Assembly (NCBI GenBank): GCA_052327205.1
Contig: CM126224.1
Span: 39,990,001 to 40,054,000 of the forward strand
Direction: 5' to 3'
Length of the DNA: 64,000 bases
DNA from: Somniosus microcephalus
Taxonomy: Eukaryota
Below, piece by piece: positions 1 to 12,595 of the stretch; positions within the stretch are counted from its first letter, which is position 1; each line of letters begins with the position of its first letter. Position numbers and translations under genes: made by a program. The notes beneath the pieces were generated by a model. The model was not told the DNA's origin and made no database searches. It worked only from the letters and a program-made list of their open reading frames with translations.

Positions 1-690
1 GGGTGGGCGGTAACAGGGCGCTAAGGGGTTACCGACCGGGCGCGGCAAATTCACCGACGCCTGTGAACTTCCCTGGTGGGTTTGCGCTGGCGCTAAGACT
101 TACCGCCTCGCCCTCTTGTGCCCTGAAGATCGTGCCGTCAACCGGTGCGCAGCAACCCATTAGCGCCCCAGAAGTGATATTCGCTCCCACCCCCTGCAGC
201 AGCGCTGAGCGTCAACAACGAAAGCTGCAGGAGGAGTTGTCACCTCGGCTGGCTGCTTGGAGAGCGCGATTTAAAGGCAGTGGTGGTCAGGTAGGGCAAA
301 ATTTATTTATGTCCCCATTCTGGTGCCTCCTGCTTTCTTTTGCCCCCGTGATTGCTCAGCCCTGCTCTCTCTTAGAGTGCTTGGGGCTGCTATGTGCAGG
401 TGCCGTCGCCCAACAGACACAGCCTGAAGATTCATTCAATGCAGCATTGGCCCTTCCCTTTAAGGGAGGGAAGGAGCCTGTAAAGATGGCAGCGCTGCCC
501 TGAACATTGCTCAGTGCTCTGCCGATACCACCCCTCTCACTCCCTTTAGCGCTCTAAGGGAAGTGGTAGCGCTTGATTTAGCTCCACTTCCCTCTTGGAG
601 CGCTAAAGCGGAAGTTCCCGACAGCAGCAAATCTTTTTCGCCCGGAGCTCCCTGAGAAGTTATCGCCCCAAACGGGAGGGCCAGAAATTG
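1..690. mobile_element. GC-rich non-autonomous DNA transposon (PIF/Harbinger-like family), truncated by the window start
   Basis: Colinear with 11862-12595 (shared gcgctaaggggtta.cgaccgggcgcggc, cattggcccttcccttta, ccacttccctcttggag). Family termini of the GGGGGAGAAATT type are seen in the other copies. Confidence 0.6.
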
Positions 691-715
691 AACAACTTAA
701 ACTGTGCGTTTCATT

Positions 716-1820
716 AATAATATACTAGCATGGATTGAGAATTGGTTAACAGACAGAAAACAAAGAGTAGGGATAAACGGGTCTTTTTCAGGATGGTAGG
801 CTGTGACTAGTGGGGTACTACAAGGATCGGTGCTTGGGCCCCAGCTATTCACAATCTATATCAATGATTTGGATGAGGGGACTAAATATAACATTTCCAA
901 ATTTGCTGATGATACAAAGCTCGGTGGCAGTGTCAGTTGTGAAGAGGCTTCAAGGGGATCTCGACAGGCTCAGTGAGAGGGCGAGAACATGGCAGATGGA
1001 ATATAATGTGGATAAATGTGAAGTAATCCACTTTGGTAGAAAAAACAGAAAGGCAGAGTATTTCCTAAATGGTGAAAGATTGGGGAATGCAGATGCTCAA
1101 AGGGACCTAGATGTCCTTGTACATGAGTCACTGAAAGTGAATGTGCAGGTGCAGCAAGCCATTAGGGAGGCAAATGGTATGCTGGCCTTCATTACAAGAA
1201 TATTTGAGTACAGGAGTAAAGAAGTCTTACTCCAATTATATAGGGCCTTGGTGAGACCACACCTGGAGTACTGTGTACAATTTTGGTCTCCTTACCTAAG
1301 GAAGGATATACTTGCCATAGAGGGAGTGAAACGAAGGTTCACGAGATTGATTCTTGGGTTGGCGGGACTGTCGTATGAGTAGAGATTGAGTAAACTAGGC
1401 CTGTATTCTCTTGAATTCAGAAGAATGAGAGGGGATCTCATTGAAGCATACAAAATTATTATAGGGCTTGCTAGGGTGGATGCTGGGAGAATGTTTCCCT
1501 TGGCTGGGGAGTCTAGAACCAGGGGCCACAGCCTCAGGATAAAGGGTAGGCCATTCAGGACTGAGATGAGAAGAAATTTCTTCACACAGAGGGTGGTGAA
1601 TCTTTGGAATTCTCCAACCCAGAGGGCTGTGGAGGCTCAGTCATTGGGTATATTCAAAACAGAAGTTGATAGATTTCTGACTAGTAAGGGCATCAAGGGA
1701 TATGGTGATAGGGCTGGTGAATGGAGCTGAGGCAGAAAATCAGCCATGATCTTATTGGATGGTGGAGCAGGCTTGAAGGGCCGAATGGCCTACTCCTGCT
1801 CCTATTTCTTATGTTCTTAT
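716..1820 (+). mobile_element. CR1 LINE, 5'-truncated (RT C-terminus plus 3' UTR)
   Basis: Frameshifted ORF2 motifs [39 protein letters not shown] and RRNFFTQRVVNLWN; 3' tail ttcttatgttcttat. Confidence 0.93.
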
Positions 1821-2364
1821 TCCTTCAGATGGTAAATTGTTCTTAGAGATTTAAAAATTCAATTTTTAATTTTTGTTCTTACTTTTCCTTTCTGTCTCTT
1901 TTTCTCTCTCTCTTAATCCAATCTGTCTTTCCCTCTCTATATTTCTCTTTCTGTGCTTGATTTGACTCTAATTCACCCTCCTTCTCAACCATTCCTCTGT
2001 TTCTTTCTCAATCCTTAGATCTCATTGGTTAAGGAGATAGACTGTTGGTCCCACCCTTCACTGAGGTCCCAGATGCCCCCTTGCCCTTGCCGCACCGTTC
2101 CCTTGCCCTTGCCGCACCGTTATCAGCTCACTCTTCCAGCAAGTTTAGGTGCAAAAATGTTTTGCACTGAAGGGTGCAGGAAAAAGTCTAACTAACAGCG
2201 TATGCCGCGTGATGCCCCCCTCCAGCAAGATCCTGCCCATTAATCCAGTCAAAGGGTTCAGAACTCTTAGAGGATAACTCAGCTGGTTTGTTCATTAACT
2301 GAACCCCTGAAGTTAGTGTAATGCCATATACACAAACACACACACACATGCATATACATCAGCA

Positions 2365-3290
2365 AGCAATCGAAGCGGGCTGGAGTCCGTGGTCACATTG
2401 TGTGTTGCCTCTCAAATTCCAGAGCTGTAAGAAATGACCACATCTGCCATGTGATTTTGTGAAATGGTTCAATAGATAACATTGTTTGCAGGGTAGTTTG
2501 AAGCCTGGGAACTTCTGTGGGATCAGCAATCAGGTGTTTGTTTGGGACATTAACATTATCCCAGAACCCTTTCCAGTGTGCCTTAGGATTAAATGGGGAC
2601 GCTTTAAGAGCATTAGCCCGATCCCAAAAAGGCATGTGAGATTTCAGGTGTGCCTTTGGAAGATTCTGGAGGTCCTCATGAAATTGTAAATTCAGGTTGA
2701 CCATGGTACGATTGTAATCATGAGGTGTAGGTCTGTCTGTCCAGATTTTAGGTGCGGGTCTATGTGCCACAGGAGGCAACCCATTTTAGTGATCCACTTC
2801 TGATTCACAGCGTGACATTCAACTGCGCATCCAAAGGATTTGTACGTGAAATGTCTGCCCTGACTGGTGCACAATATTCGGCAGCTGAGTATTCCAGTGC
2901 TAGAGTCGCTCTTCGAGGTGTGCGTGCATCGGCACCCGAGTACTTCGGATAAGGCTCGTTTCAGACCCGTGACATTAGGTGGTTCTTTGGCCACTTTGTT
3001 GTTTAGGTAAAAGGCTGTTACCACGGTTTTGAAGGCATCGGGGTGGGGCTGCCAGTATTGAAAGGGCTCTGCCATTAACGTCAGGTCGCTAGAGAGGGTC
3101 TGGCCTATGGTGGCGAGGTTGCTACCTTGTGTCGTGAGGGCAATGTTGTCACCGTAAATGAACATGCAAAATTGTGTCAGGTATGTCTGTAATGTAGCTG
3201 TTGAATAATGAAGGAGCCTGCACAGATTCCTGAGGCAAAGCATCATTGAGGGTGAGTGCTCGACTCATTTGCTGATTCAGAAGGGCATAG
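2365..3290 (-). mobile_element. Degenerate Vingi/Ingi-like non-LTR retrotransposon fragment
   Basis: Minus-strand peptide FIYGDNIALTTQ...LSSDLTLM...KTVVTAFYLNN is a decayed YADD RT region, followed by downstream segments like those of 56048-56590. Boundaries are approximate. Confidence 0.7.
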
Positions 3291-4049
3291 TATTTCACTG
3301 ATGACAATCTACAGTTACCCATTACATGGAGACTAGTAAAACTTGGATAATCATTGGCAAAAATGCACTATATTCAGTAGGCCTCTCAGGCCCTCCACAG
3401 TCAAATAGTAGCCTTCATCTACTAAGCCAATTTTGGCACCAATTAAAAATATCTTTGGCTTCAGGAGCCAAACAGAGTGTTGCCGAATTGGCAACCAATC
3501 AATAAAACATGATTGCTTTTGGAACCAAACTCCTCTTCAGTTCAGACTTAAAGCCACTCAAAAGCCTCACACTAATTTCCCCGGCGTATTTGCCAGGAAA
3601 ACAAACAATGATAGGAGTGTTTTGGCTGACAGTTTAAATAACCATTCACATGTAGAGCTGTTAAATCAATCATAGTTTTAGTTTAAGAGAACTTACTGTA
3701 AAATGCGAGTTAATCAGAGGCAAATACTTTGGCACCAAAGAGCAAAATGAATTAGCTCCACCAGTAGCTGGATACTTCGGCGTGGCACCAAAGCTAGCAC
3801 CCAGTTAGCCTTAGCCATGGTTCATTTTGCCCACAGTGCTCGTCAAGTGCATTGGTAGGATTTGTACACAGCAGGAACACTTGTGGGAAATGCTCAGAGG
3901 ATCGTTCTGCAAAAAGCCAGCGATGTCTCAAAAGAGTGCCATGCAACAATTGAAACCGTAGAACGTCAGAGGAATTGTGGACGCCAACAGCTTTCGTTAT
4001 CATTCATATTCAATAATTACTCATTATTCATTCTGTGGTCTGATTCCAG

Positions 4050-4141
4050 GAATCTGGGAGAAGAATGTGATGACAAGAACAAAATGAATGGCGATGGCTG
4101 CTCTAGTTTATGTCACCAGGAACCATCTTTCAACTGTGTGG
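4050..4141 (+). CDS. PAPPA: PAPPA internal coding exon A (NLGEECDDKNKMNGDGCSSLCHQEPSFNCV)
   Basis: Acceptor ttccag| at 4048-4049 and donor |gtaggt at 4142; 92 nt. Matches human PAPP-A GEQCDDMNKINGDGCSLFCRQEVSFNCI. The final G joins AT of the next exon to give Asp (DEPSRC). Confidence 0.95.
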
Positions 4142-4163
4142 GTAGGTATCCTGTCATGTAAAC

Positions 4164-4497
4164 TGATGTGCCTCAATAATCCCGAGACTCGATGTTAGCG
4201 GAACAAAACAAGGCTTTTATTAACTTAGAAGATAACACGCAGTGGAGAGAGGTATCTTCCATCTGGAGCTCTGCAGTACTGGATATGAGGCCAGACTGAG
4301 CTGGCTTACATAGAGGCCAGGTATGGGCGGAGCCCTACACACAACACATTCCATACATTCCAATATACAATACAATGGTGAGGAGAAACCTGAAACCAAC
4401 CACAGTCACAGGCAGTGATGATATACAATACAATGGTGAGGAGAAACCTGAAACCAACCACAGTCACAGGCAGTGATGAATGGAATATTTCATCACA
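4164..4497 (-). mobile_element. Solo LTR (TG...CA) with 5-bp TSD
   Basis: Starts TG at 4164 and ends CA at 4497, flanked by the direct repeat TAAAC (4159-4163 and 4498-4502). TTTATT on the plus strand is AATAAA on the minus strand. Contains an internal ~58-bp tandem duplication (~4362-4478). Confidence 0.8.
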
Positions 4498-6039
4498 TAA
4501 ACCATTGCTGGGTTAATGAGAACACACACTCCTTTTAATTATTGGCAAAGCTCAAATTGTTTGATGGCTCACGTCATTCAAATAAGTTCTTAGTGTATAG
4601 GAATGTATTTCAGATGCTAGTGATAAATACTGGCAATTATTTAAGAGTCAGATCTGCTGAGAACTAACTATGAGTGTGATATGAATGTGGACTGCAAACA
4701 ACATTGTGCCATCATTCTCATTTTCCAGAGTATCTGTCCATCACATCTTGGCAAAAAGTCTGTACGACCTTTAAGATATCATAGAGCACAGCAGCTTTGG
4801 AATAAAAACCTACAAGACTTGTGTTGTATATTTATATTATGAAAGGAAGTTACATTGGGGATAAACACAATATTTTTTACAGAAGGAAGCACACTGGTAG
4901 AGAGAAAAAATAAGCTCTTTAAAAGCTGAACAATTTAATTGGTTATCGAAATACATTTAGATCTCTGGTATTATGCAATTTAATTATCAACAAAATTAAA
5001 TTTATCCATGAATTTGTGTTTAAGCTTACTAGGGGTCCTACAGGTCATACGCAAAGGATTATAATGTGGAAAGTTAAAGCTTTTATTTCTACCAACAGCA
5101 CTTTTGATGCTCCCTTTATTTTTCCGGATGGAATCGGTTTCCTATGAATCTGCAGTGTGTCCACGATTCAAAGGCCGATATTACTGTAATCCAATTGTCT
5201 TTTGTTTTTCATCTCCCTCTAATCAAATCACATCTAATCAATATATTCTGATAAGCTTTACATTGAAAACGTATGGCCTCTGTTGGGCAGCAAGGCCTGG
5301 CATTCCCATAATGTGAGCCAGCAATCTCCTTTTAAATCCTCTTTTCTCTTGGTGGCTTTTTACCAAACATCATTAAGGAGTAGATTCCACTCATTTCTAT
5401 CAGTAGCTGAATCTCCCGTGTGTATGCATCATAATCCATTCCTAGACCAAACATTTCTCAAGTTTCTCGAAAATAACGCTAAGTCCAAATCCAAAACTGA
5501 TTCAAGGACTGTTTTACGTCAATGCAATATCATGTTATTTAATCACTAGCAACTTAGTCAACCATCTTGACCTAGATAGATGGAGCACACTAATCATTTA
5601 CTGCTTCGTTCTGTTTTTGGCAGCAATGTCTGTTTTTTTTCTTGACCAACAGAATTAAAGATTTTTAATCAGTGTTTGCTTTTGCACATTAATTTAGTGA
5701 CACCTTCCTCTTTTTTTTTTAACAAAATTCAAGTACTTCACTCCTGAGATTGACAGACAGCAAGTCAATTCACAAACAGCCAATTCAACTTTCTATACTT
5801 ACACAAGATATCATGCTTGTTTTCCTGTGTGGGAAAGACCTTCGAGTGCTCTGGGATCTTTCCTCATCTCAGGTTGGGAGTGTCTTTTACTTGAAAGAAA
5901 GAACTCCTGTGTGTCCTGCCAGTTAACTGATGTTCTATTTAATCTACAAGTCTTTTATGTGGTTGGGACTGTGTGTGAAGGGTACACTGATCAGTGATTT
6001 AAAAATAAAACTGGAATTCTTGTTTCATCTCTGCCAATT

Positions 6040-6475
6040 TTCTTCTCTCTTCTCCTGAGAGGTTCCAAAGGCTACATCTGCCTTCTGCTACCTCACTAAA
6101 GTCGCCATTCTTCATGCACGAGCCTAGGTATTGAGCGTCAAAGGAGTTTTCAACAGTGGGGCATCACCACCAAACCCAATCCTGTCTCACACATGCCCAA
6201 TTTCTAGGAGGGGGTCACTGGAGCAGGCTCGAGGGGCCGTATGGCCTACTCCTGCTCCTAATTCTTATGTTCCTATGACAGCAATCAGGAGCAGGATCCT
6301 GGATTGATATTTCCCTTTGACTACTTCAGGGCACTAAGACCAATTGTAGTGAGCTTACCACTCCCCAGATGAGATCACCTAACTCAGGACAGACTGGGGA
6401 ATTAAAGCTGACGCATACCTCTTTTACATGGCTCAGCTCTGTACTGGGCAGGGCACCCATCAGTTGAGTCATCAG
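6040..6475 (-). mobile_element. Old tRNA-derived SINE (possibly AmnSINE2-like) with a short CR1 tail inside
   Basis: Reverse complement of the family motif ggttcaatccctggtctgtgctgagttagctgatctcagc...ctcctgatcgctatccagtgacccc. Related diverged copies lie at about 19360-19760, 20920-21310, 29580-29900, 33905-34220, 37545-37930, 42600-43030, 47590-48200 and 62455-62660. Confidence 0.55.
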
Positions 6476-6680
6476 GCTTATTTTTATTTACATTGCAGTT
6501 AATGTTGAAAATGCCAGAAATACCCATCTATTATTAATGTTCGAACATACAATGTAGCAACTGTCCTCTCACATTCTTAGTAAGAACCGCGACATTATGA
6601 CCGAGTTATACAACAGTGTTCCTACTGATGGCTTATCCAAGGTCTGTATCTAACTTTCTAAGTTTTAATCATTGAGATGA

Positions 6681-7772
6681 CATAGAAACATAGAAGATAA
6701 GAGCAGGAGTAGGCCATCCGGCCCCTCGGGCCTGCTCCGCCATTCAATGTGATCATGGCTGATCATCCAAATTCAGTACCCTGTTCCTGCTTTCTCCCCA
6801 TATCCCTTGATCCCTTTAGCCTTAAGAAATATATCCAACTCCTTCTTGAATATATTTAATGAATTGGCCTCTACTGCCTTCTGTGGTAGAGAGTTCCACA
6901 GGTTCACCACTCTCTGGGTGAAGAAATTCCTCCTCATTTCTGTCCTAAATGGCATACCCTTTATCCTTAGACTGTGACCCCTGGTTCTGGACTCCCCGAC
7001 CATCGGGAACATCCTTCCTGCATCTAGTCTGTCCAGTCCTGTCAGAATTTTATAAGTTTCAATGAGATCCCCTCTCATTCTTCTAAACTCCAGCGAGTAT
7101 AAGCCCAATCAACCCAATCTCTCCTCATACGTCATTTCTGCCATCCCAGGTATCAGCCTGGTGAATCTTTGCTGAACTCCTTCCATGGCAAGAACATCCT
7201 TCCTCAGATAAGGCGACCAAAACTGCACACAATACTCAAGATGTGGTCTCACCAAGGCCCTGTACAACTGCAGCAAGACATCCTTGTTCCTGTACTCAAA
7301 GCTTCTTGCTACGAAGGCCAACATACCATTTGCCTTCTTAACCGCCTGCTGCACCTGCATGCTTACCTTCAGCGACTGGTGCACAAGGACACCCAGGTCT
7401 CGTTGCACTTCCCCTTCGCCCAATCTATTGCCATTCAGATAATAATCTGCCTTCCTGTTTTTGCCACCAAAATGGATAACCTCACATTTATCCACGTTAT
7501 ATTGCATCTGCCATGCTTCTGCCCAATCACCCAACCTGTCCAAATCATCCTGTAATTTCTCGGCATCCTCCTCACAGCACACACGCCCACCTAGCTTTGT
7601 GTCGTCTGCAAATTTGGAGATATTACATCTAGTTCCCTCGTCTAGATCATTAATATATATTGTGAATAGCTGGGTTCCAAGGACCGATCCCTGCGGTACC
7701 CCACTAGTCACTGCCTGCCACTCGGAAAAAGATCCGTTTATTCCAACTCTTTGCTTTCTGTCTGCCAACCAG
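6681..7772 (-). mobile_element. CR1 LINE, 5'-truncated, well preserved
   Basis: ORFs 7109-7768 and 6773-7108 give RT motifs ([23 protein letters not shown]) with one in-frame stop between them; catagaaa-repeat tail at the left end. Confidence 0.96.
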
Positions 7773-8704
7773 TTGACAGAACAGAATGATAATAGCTACA
7801 CTTGGGCTTCTACATAGTGAGCATTGTAGAACTCGGAGAAATTGAGCTTGCTCAGTGGTAATAATGAGACCACAGCATGAAACTAACTCCAAAAAATATT
7901 GACCTCGAAAGACAGAAAATGTACACCAAACTTGGGTAAGGAAATAGCTAGGTATCATGAACAAAACACAAGGTATACCCACTGAAAGGCAGAAAACAAA
8001 ATTACATTTTTGGAGTTTCCAATAGCTCCTTCAGACCAGTTATAGAATTACTTCTACATCATTAAAAAAATCTCCAGTGTTTTCAAATACCTGACTGGTT
8101 CAGCATTTACTGCTCTCAGCTTGTGTATTCTCATATAACACTACCAGTGAGAGCAATAATATAGGAAAGTGATACAAGGCTGCAATAAAATGTCAATTTA
8201 AAAAAAAACTGCTTGCACACATTTTCAATTACTGTACTCAAGCATTATTTTTGTTCAACTCACATCAGTGTTGGCACAAAATCTGAAGCACACAGGAGCA
8301 GGGGAAGCAATTTAAGCATAAGGCTTGCATGACATTCACATGAAAATCAACTTCAAGTTCGGTTTGAAAACAGGAAGAGAGGATGAGGGGCTTTCATCAG
8401 CGCTGTAGACTTTGTGAACTCTGCAGTTCTCCTCCGATTCAAAACAGATTGTATAAATAGGAGTTATTACTGAGACAAATAGGTAAACGAGAGTGTTTAA
8501 CACAAGGATGACTGGTTGCATAGATAAGTCTGTATCCTGCAAATCTGTTTCCTGTCATGCAGTAGACTTTAATGGTTTATATTTAGCACACGGGTGCCTT
8601 TTCACAGCAGGTGACTGAATTTAGGGCTTAGTGAGCGGAAAAACCTCTTGGTAACATCCAATGCTGCATCAAGGAGATCAGTGAGAGGACACACTTTCTC
8701 CCAT

Positions 8705-9408
8705 AACAGAAAATGCTGGAAACACTCAGCAGGCCAGGCAGCATCTGTGGAGAGAGAAACAGAGCTAACGTTTCAGGTCACGGTAGCATAGTGGTCATAT
8801 TACTGGACTAGTAATGCAGACATCTAGACTAATAATCTGGAAATATGAGTTCAAATCCCACCATGGCAGCTGGGGAATTTAAATTCAGTTAATTAAATAA
8901 ATCTGGAATAAAAAGCTAGTATCAGTAATGGTGACCATGAAACTATCGGATTGTCATTAAAAACCCAACTGGTTCACTAATGTCCTTTAGGGAAGGAAAT
9001 CTGCCGTCCTTACCTGGTCTGACCTATATGTGACTCCAGACCCACAGCAATGTGGGTGACTCTTAACTACCCTCTGAAATGACCAAGCAAGCCTCTCTAT
9101 CATATCAAAATAAAACTGCTACAGTGGACTGCAGCAGTTCAAGAAGGTGGCTCACCACCACCTTCTCAAGGGCAATCAGGCACGGACAATAAATGCTGGC
9201 CTTGCCAGCGACGACCACATCCCGTGAATGAATAAAAAAAAAAGTTGATGACCCTTCGTCAGAACCCCTCACTGATCTGATGAAGGGTCCCAGACCTGAA
9301 ATGTTAACTCTGTTTCTCTCTCCACAGATGCTGCCTGGTCTGCTGAGTATTTCTAGCATTTTCTGTTGTTATTTCAGATTTCCAGCATCCGCAGTATTTT
9401 GCTATTGT
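8705..9408. mobile_element. Penelope-like element: inverted pair of terminal repeats with hammerhead motifs, interrupted by a SINE
   Basis: Arms ~8705-8780 plus ~9244-9265 and ~9277-9408 are reverse complements. TSD acactttct(c/t)ccat at 8691-8704 and 9409-9422. Hammerhead core CTGATGA(9277-9283)...GAAA(9298-9301) on the plus strand. Confidence 0.85.
8781..9243 (+). mobile_element. tRNA-derived SINE, near full length
   Basis: A-box-like tagcatagtgg, B-box-like gagttcaaatcc, 3' tail cacatcccgtgaatgaataaaaaa. Same family at ~30871-31355 and partially at ~43805-44060. Confidence 0.85.
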
Positions 9409-10599
9409 ACACTTTCTTCCATTTTAGGGGGGCAAATGTGTGACTCTAAAACAGGCATACTCGAAAACTCACACCAAACATTAACAAAAGGAAAATATTT
9501 CCTCGTGGGTTTGCTGTTTTACTCCTTCTACACATAAGTCGGCTAAAAGCTGGAGAGAAAGGAGCAGATCGCGCAGCCTCAGTTGCTGAATGGGGGGGGG
9601 GGGGCAGATTGATTTTGCAGTTAAATTTCAAATCCTTTCACTCTGTTCCTACCTCAGAGCAGGTTTCTTGAATTTTAAAACATTCTACAATTCTAAAACT
9701 GTCCGTCTAAAGATTTCTTACAAGAATCGAGGACACCGACTTGCAGCTTTTCAGGAAAAGATAGACAGAATTATGAATACAATCCCCAAAATAGCGGTAA
9801 AAATCCAGTAATCCTTTGTAATAAAAACAGAATTTGACTTATTCCTTCACCATAAAAAGAGGGGCCCCAGGGATCAAGAAAGTCTGTAATGCTTAATTTG
9901 ATTTCTCGCACCATTCAATCAGTGGGATTAACATCATATTGTATTTTGATGGTACATAGTTTAAAGATTAAATTATTTCATCACAACACAATGAGCCACT
10001 AATTCCTCTGATTGAGAAGGGTGGAAAAAAAAGTGTGAAAGGAAATGCAAAATTTGCATTTGGACTTGTAGATACCAGAACAGCACATCAAATTCATTCA
10101 AAGCATATAAATAATATTACAGAGTTATTTGAATATTCATGGTGATTCACACAGCAGAGTAACAGGACGCCTGATTTTAGCTGGTTGTCCTTGATTTTTG
10201 GACCCGTGACCTTAATTCCCCTAGTTTGCAGATTGAGAGGTATGGCCAGCAGGAAGAACTGAAAGCTAATGGGCAGGCAATTTGTTTTTGTTAAGGATTT
10301 CTGGAGTTCATTTATTTTTGGCAGCTTGTTTGCATTGTGAAAAGGTTTCTTTTTTCAACATTTTAATTGTGAATTTTACTTTCCAGTAATACTTTCATAA
10401 CCTTCTTTCCCAGGTTTATTTTTGGGGGGAGGCAGATTTATAGATTCTTGCAAAAATGAAAAGATGTCCTTCATGGTTTGCAGCAAAAGCTCTAAATAAA
10501 AGGAGTGTGTAAAAACAGCAGGGACTGAAGTAAAGAAATTCATAGGATTCCTTATTTTGTTGAACTGTTTTTTTTTTCCCTTTTCTTTTGTTTCGGCAG

Positions 10600-10796
10600 A
10601 TGAACCAAGCAGGTGTTATTTTCACGATGGCGATGGCGTGTGCGAAGACTTTGAGAAAATGACCAGCGTGCGGGACTGTGGTCTCTACACACCCAACGGG
10701 TTTATGGATCAGTGGGCCAATAACGTCACTGTCTCGCACCACGATGATCAGTACTGCCCCGGGTGGGTGATAATCGGCCACCCTGCTGCCACAAAG
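10600..10796 (+). CDS. PAPPA: PAPPA internal coding exon B (DEPSRCYFHDGDGVCEDFEKMTSVRDCGLYTPNGFMDQWANNVTVSHHDDQYCPGWVIIGHPAATK)
   Basis: Long polypyrimidine tract and cag| acceptor, |gtaagg donor; 197 nt. Close to human PAPP-A DEPSRCYFHDGDGVCEEFEQ...CPGWVIIGQPAASQ and clearly closer to PAPPA than to PAPPA2. Confidence 0.97.
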
Positions 10797-10991
10797 GTAA
10801 GGACAATTTCAAACCGTACTTTTGTACTTGGGAAACGTAGCCGAGAACTGACCGTTGGTGACAGCAGCAGTCCAAATGCTGAATGCATTCATTAGGCCAT
10901 CCCTCTGTCCGCTGTTTCGACACACGCGCTAACCTGGTTCAATTTAAATGGCTTCGTGCTTCTACTAAAATAGCAGGAACAAGGTTGTTAT

Positions 10992-11278
10992 ACAACAACA
11001 ACAACAACTTGTATTTATATAGTGCCTTTGACGTAGTAAAATGTCCCAAGGCGCTGCGCAGGAGTATTTTAAGACAAAAAAAATTTGACACCGATCCACC
11101 ATAAGGATACATTAGGGCAGGTGACCAAAAGCTTGGTCAAAGAGGTAGGTTGTAAGGAGCGTCTTTCAAGGAGGAGAGAGAGGTAGCGAGGCAGAGAGGT
11201 TTAGGCAGGGAATTCCAGAGCTTAGGGCCTAGGCAACAGAAGGCACGGCCACCAAAGGTTGAGCGATTATAATCAGGG
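10992..11278 (-). mobile_element. L2 LINE 3' fragment
   Basis: (aac)n tail followed by ttgtatttatatagtgcc; same sequence as the end of the L2 at 57784-59178. Confidence 0.8.
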
Positions 11279-11861
11279 AATACAAACACACTAAATGCAT
11301 GCAGCCCGTTGTGGGATTAACTGAAACAAAGGCAAAGGTCGCAGGTCAAATATTAGCTGAATATTAGTACAAAGAAGCAGCAAATGTGCGTTTTCATTTC
11401 CGAATTCCAGTTTTAGAAGTTTTTATTGTCATTTTAGAACTGCTGTTCACATTGATATTGGGTTATGAACACAGTGATGTGATATCAGTTTCATGAAATC
11501 ATACTGCTGCATTATCGGTAATCCTTTAATTTTTTTGACATTTATGTTTCTACATGTAACCTAGTAACACCGATTAACAGAACAAGATAGTTGTTAATCA
11601 TTCCCTCTCCTCCATACTTTAGACGGTGAGTGGCTACATAAGTATTTCTTCGTAAAATCAAGGGATTCAATTTTGACTTTGTGCGATGGTTTTAAAACGG
11701 GTGATATCAAATTGGCAGCCCGTTTGGCATCTCTCCCGACTTTTATTTCCATTGTTTCTGTAAGAGCAGGGGGTGGGGTGGGACTGATTGGATTGCTCTA
11801 TCAAAGAGCTGGCACAGACACGATGGGCCGAATGGACTCTTTCTGCGCTGTAAGAATCTTT

Positions 11862-12595
11862 GGGGGAGAAATTTGGTTGGTTAGTGCCTCCCGTTAGCGC
11901 CTGGGGGGCGGGGGGGGGCGCTAAGGGGTTAGCGACCGGGCGCGGCGAATGCAGCGACACCCACGAACTTCAGTGCCAGTTTACCGCCTGGGCTTCTAGA
12001 GCCTCGCAGATCGTGACATCATAACGTGCGCAGCGCCCCGTTATCGCCCTGGATGTGAAATTGCCTCCCGCCCCCCTGTCGTATCGCCGACCGTGAACAA
12101 CAACAGGAAGAGAAGGCGTTGTCAACTCGGCTGGCCGCTTGGGGAGCGCTAATTAAAGGGAATGGTTTTCAGGTAGGCCAACCTTTAATATTTGCACCAG
12201 TCTGGTGCCTGCTCAAAGTTTTTGATGTTTCATTGCTGCAAGACCTCCACTTTGTGAGAGTGTTTGGGGCTGTAATGGCAGTTGCGATGGTCGCCTTGCA
12301 ACACAGACCTGCTGACAAGTAGGTTGTGAAGCATCATTGGCCCTTCCCTTTAAGTGAGGGAAGTAGCCTCTGATGTCGTTAGCGATGTGCTCCAACTTGT
12401 TCAGCGCTTTGCCGCTGCTGCCCCGCTCGCGGACCTTAGCGCCCTAAGAGAAGTGGTTAGCGCTTGATTTAGCGCGCCACTTCCCTCTTGGAGTGCTGAA
12501 GCTGAATTTCCCGGCAGGAGAGAATCATTAGTGCCTGGCGCTATTTTTTCTAATTTTCAAAAATTAGCGCCCCAACCGGGGCGATACCGAATTTT
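11862..12595. mobile_element. GC-rich non-autonomous DNA transposon (PIF/Harbinger-like)
   Basis: Left terminus gggggagaaattt; colinear with 1-690 and with a terminus like that of 61293-61982. Right end is degraded. Confidence 0.65.

Noticed and set aside
3-503. 166-aa ORF and other GC-rich ORFs (11667-11960, 61346-62028)
   Set aside because: They lie inside non-autonomous DNA transposons, have no recognisable domain, and long frames are expected from the high GC content.
2079-2121. Short tandem duplications (22 bp here; ~25 bp at 30675-30717; ~20 bp at 51974-52009)
   Set aside because: These are ordinary slippage or repair duplications with no further structure.
716-7772. Active LINE or functional reverse transcriptase gene
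   Set aside because: All CR1, L2, RTE and Vingi-like copies are 5'-truncated, and most contain stops or frameshifts.
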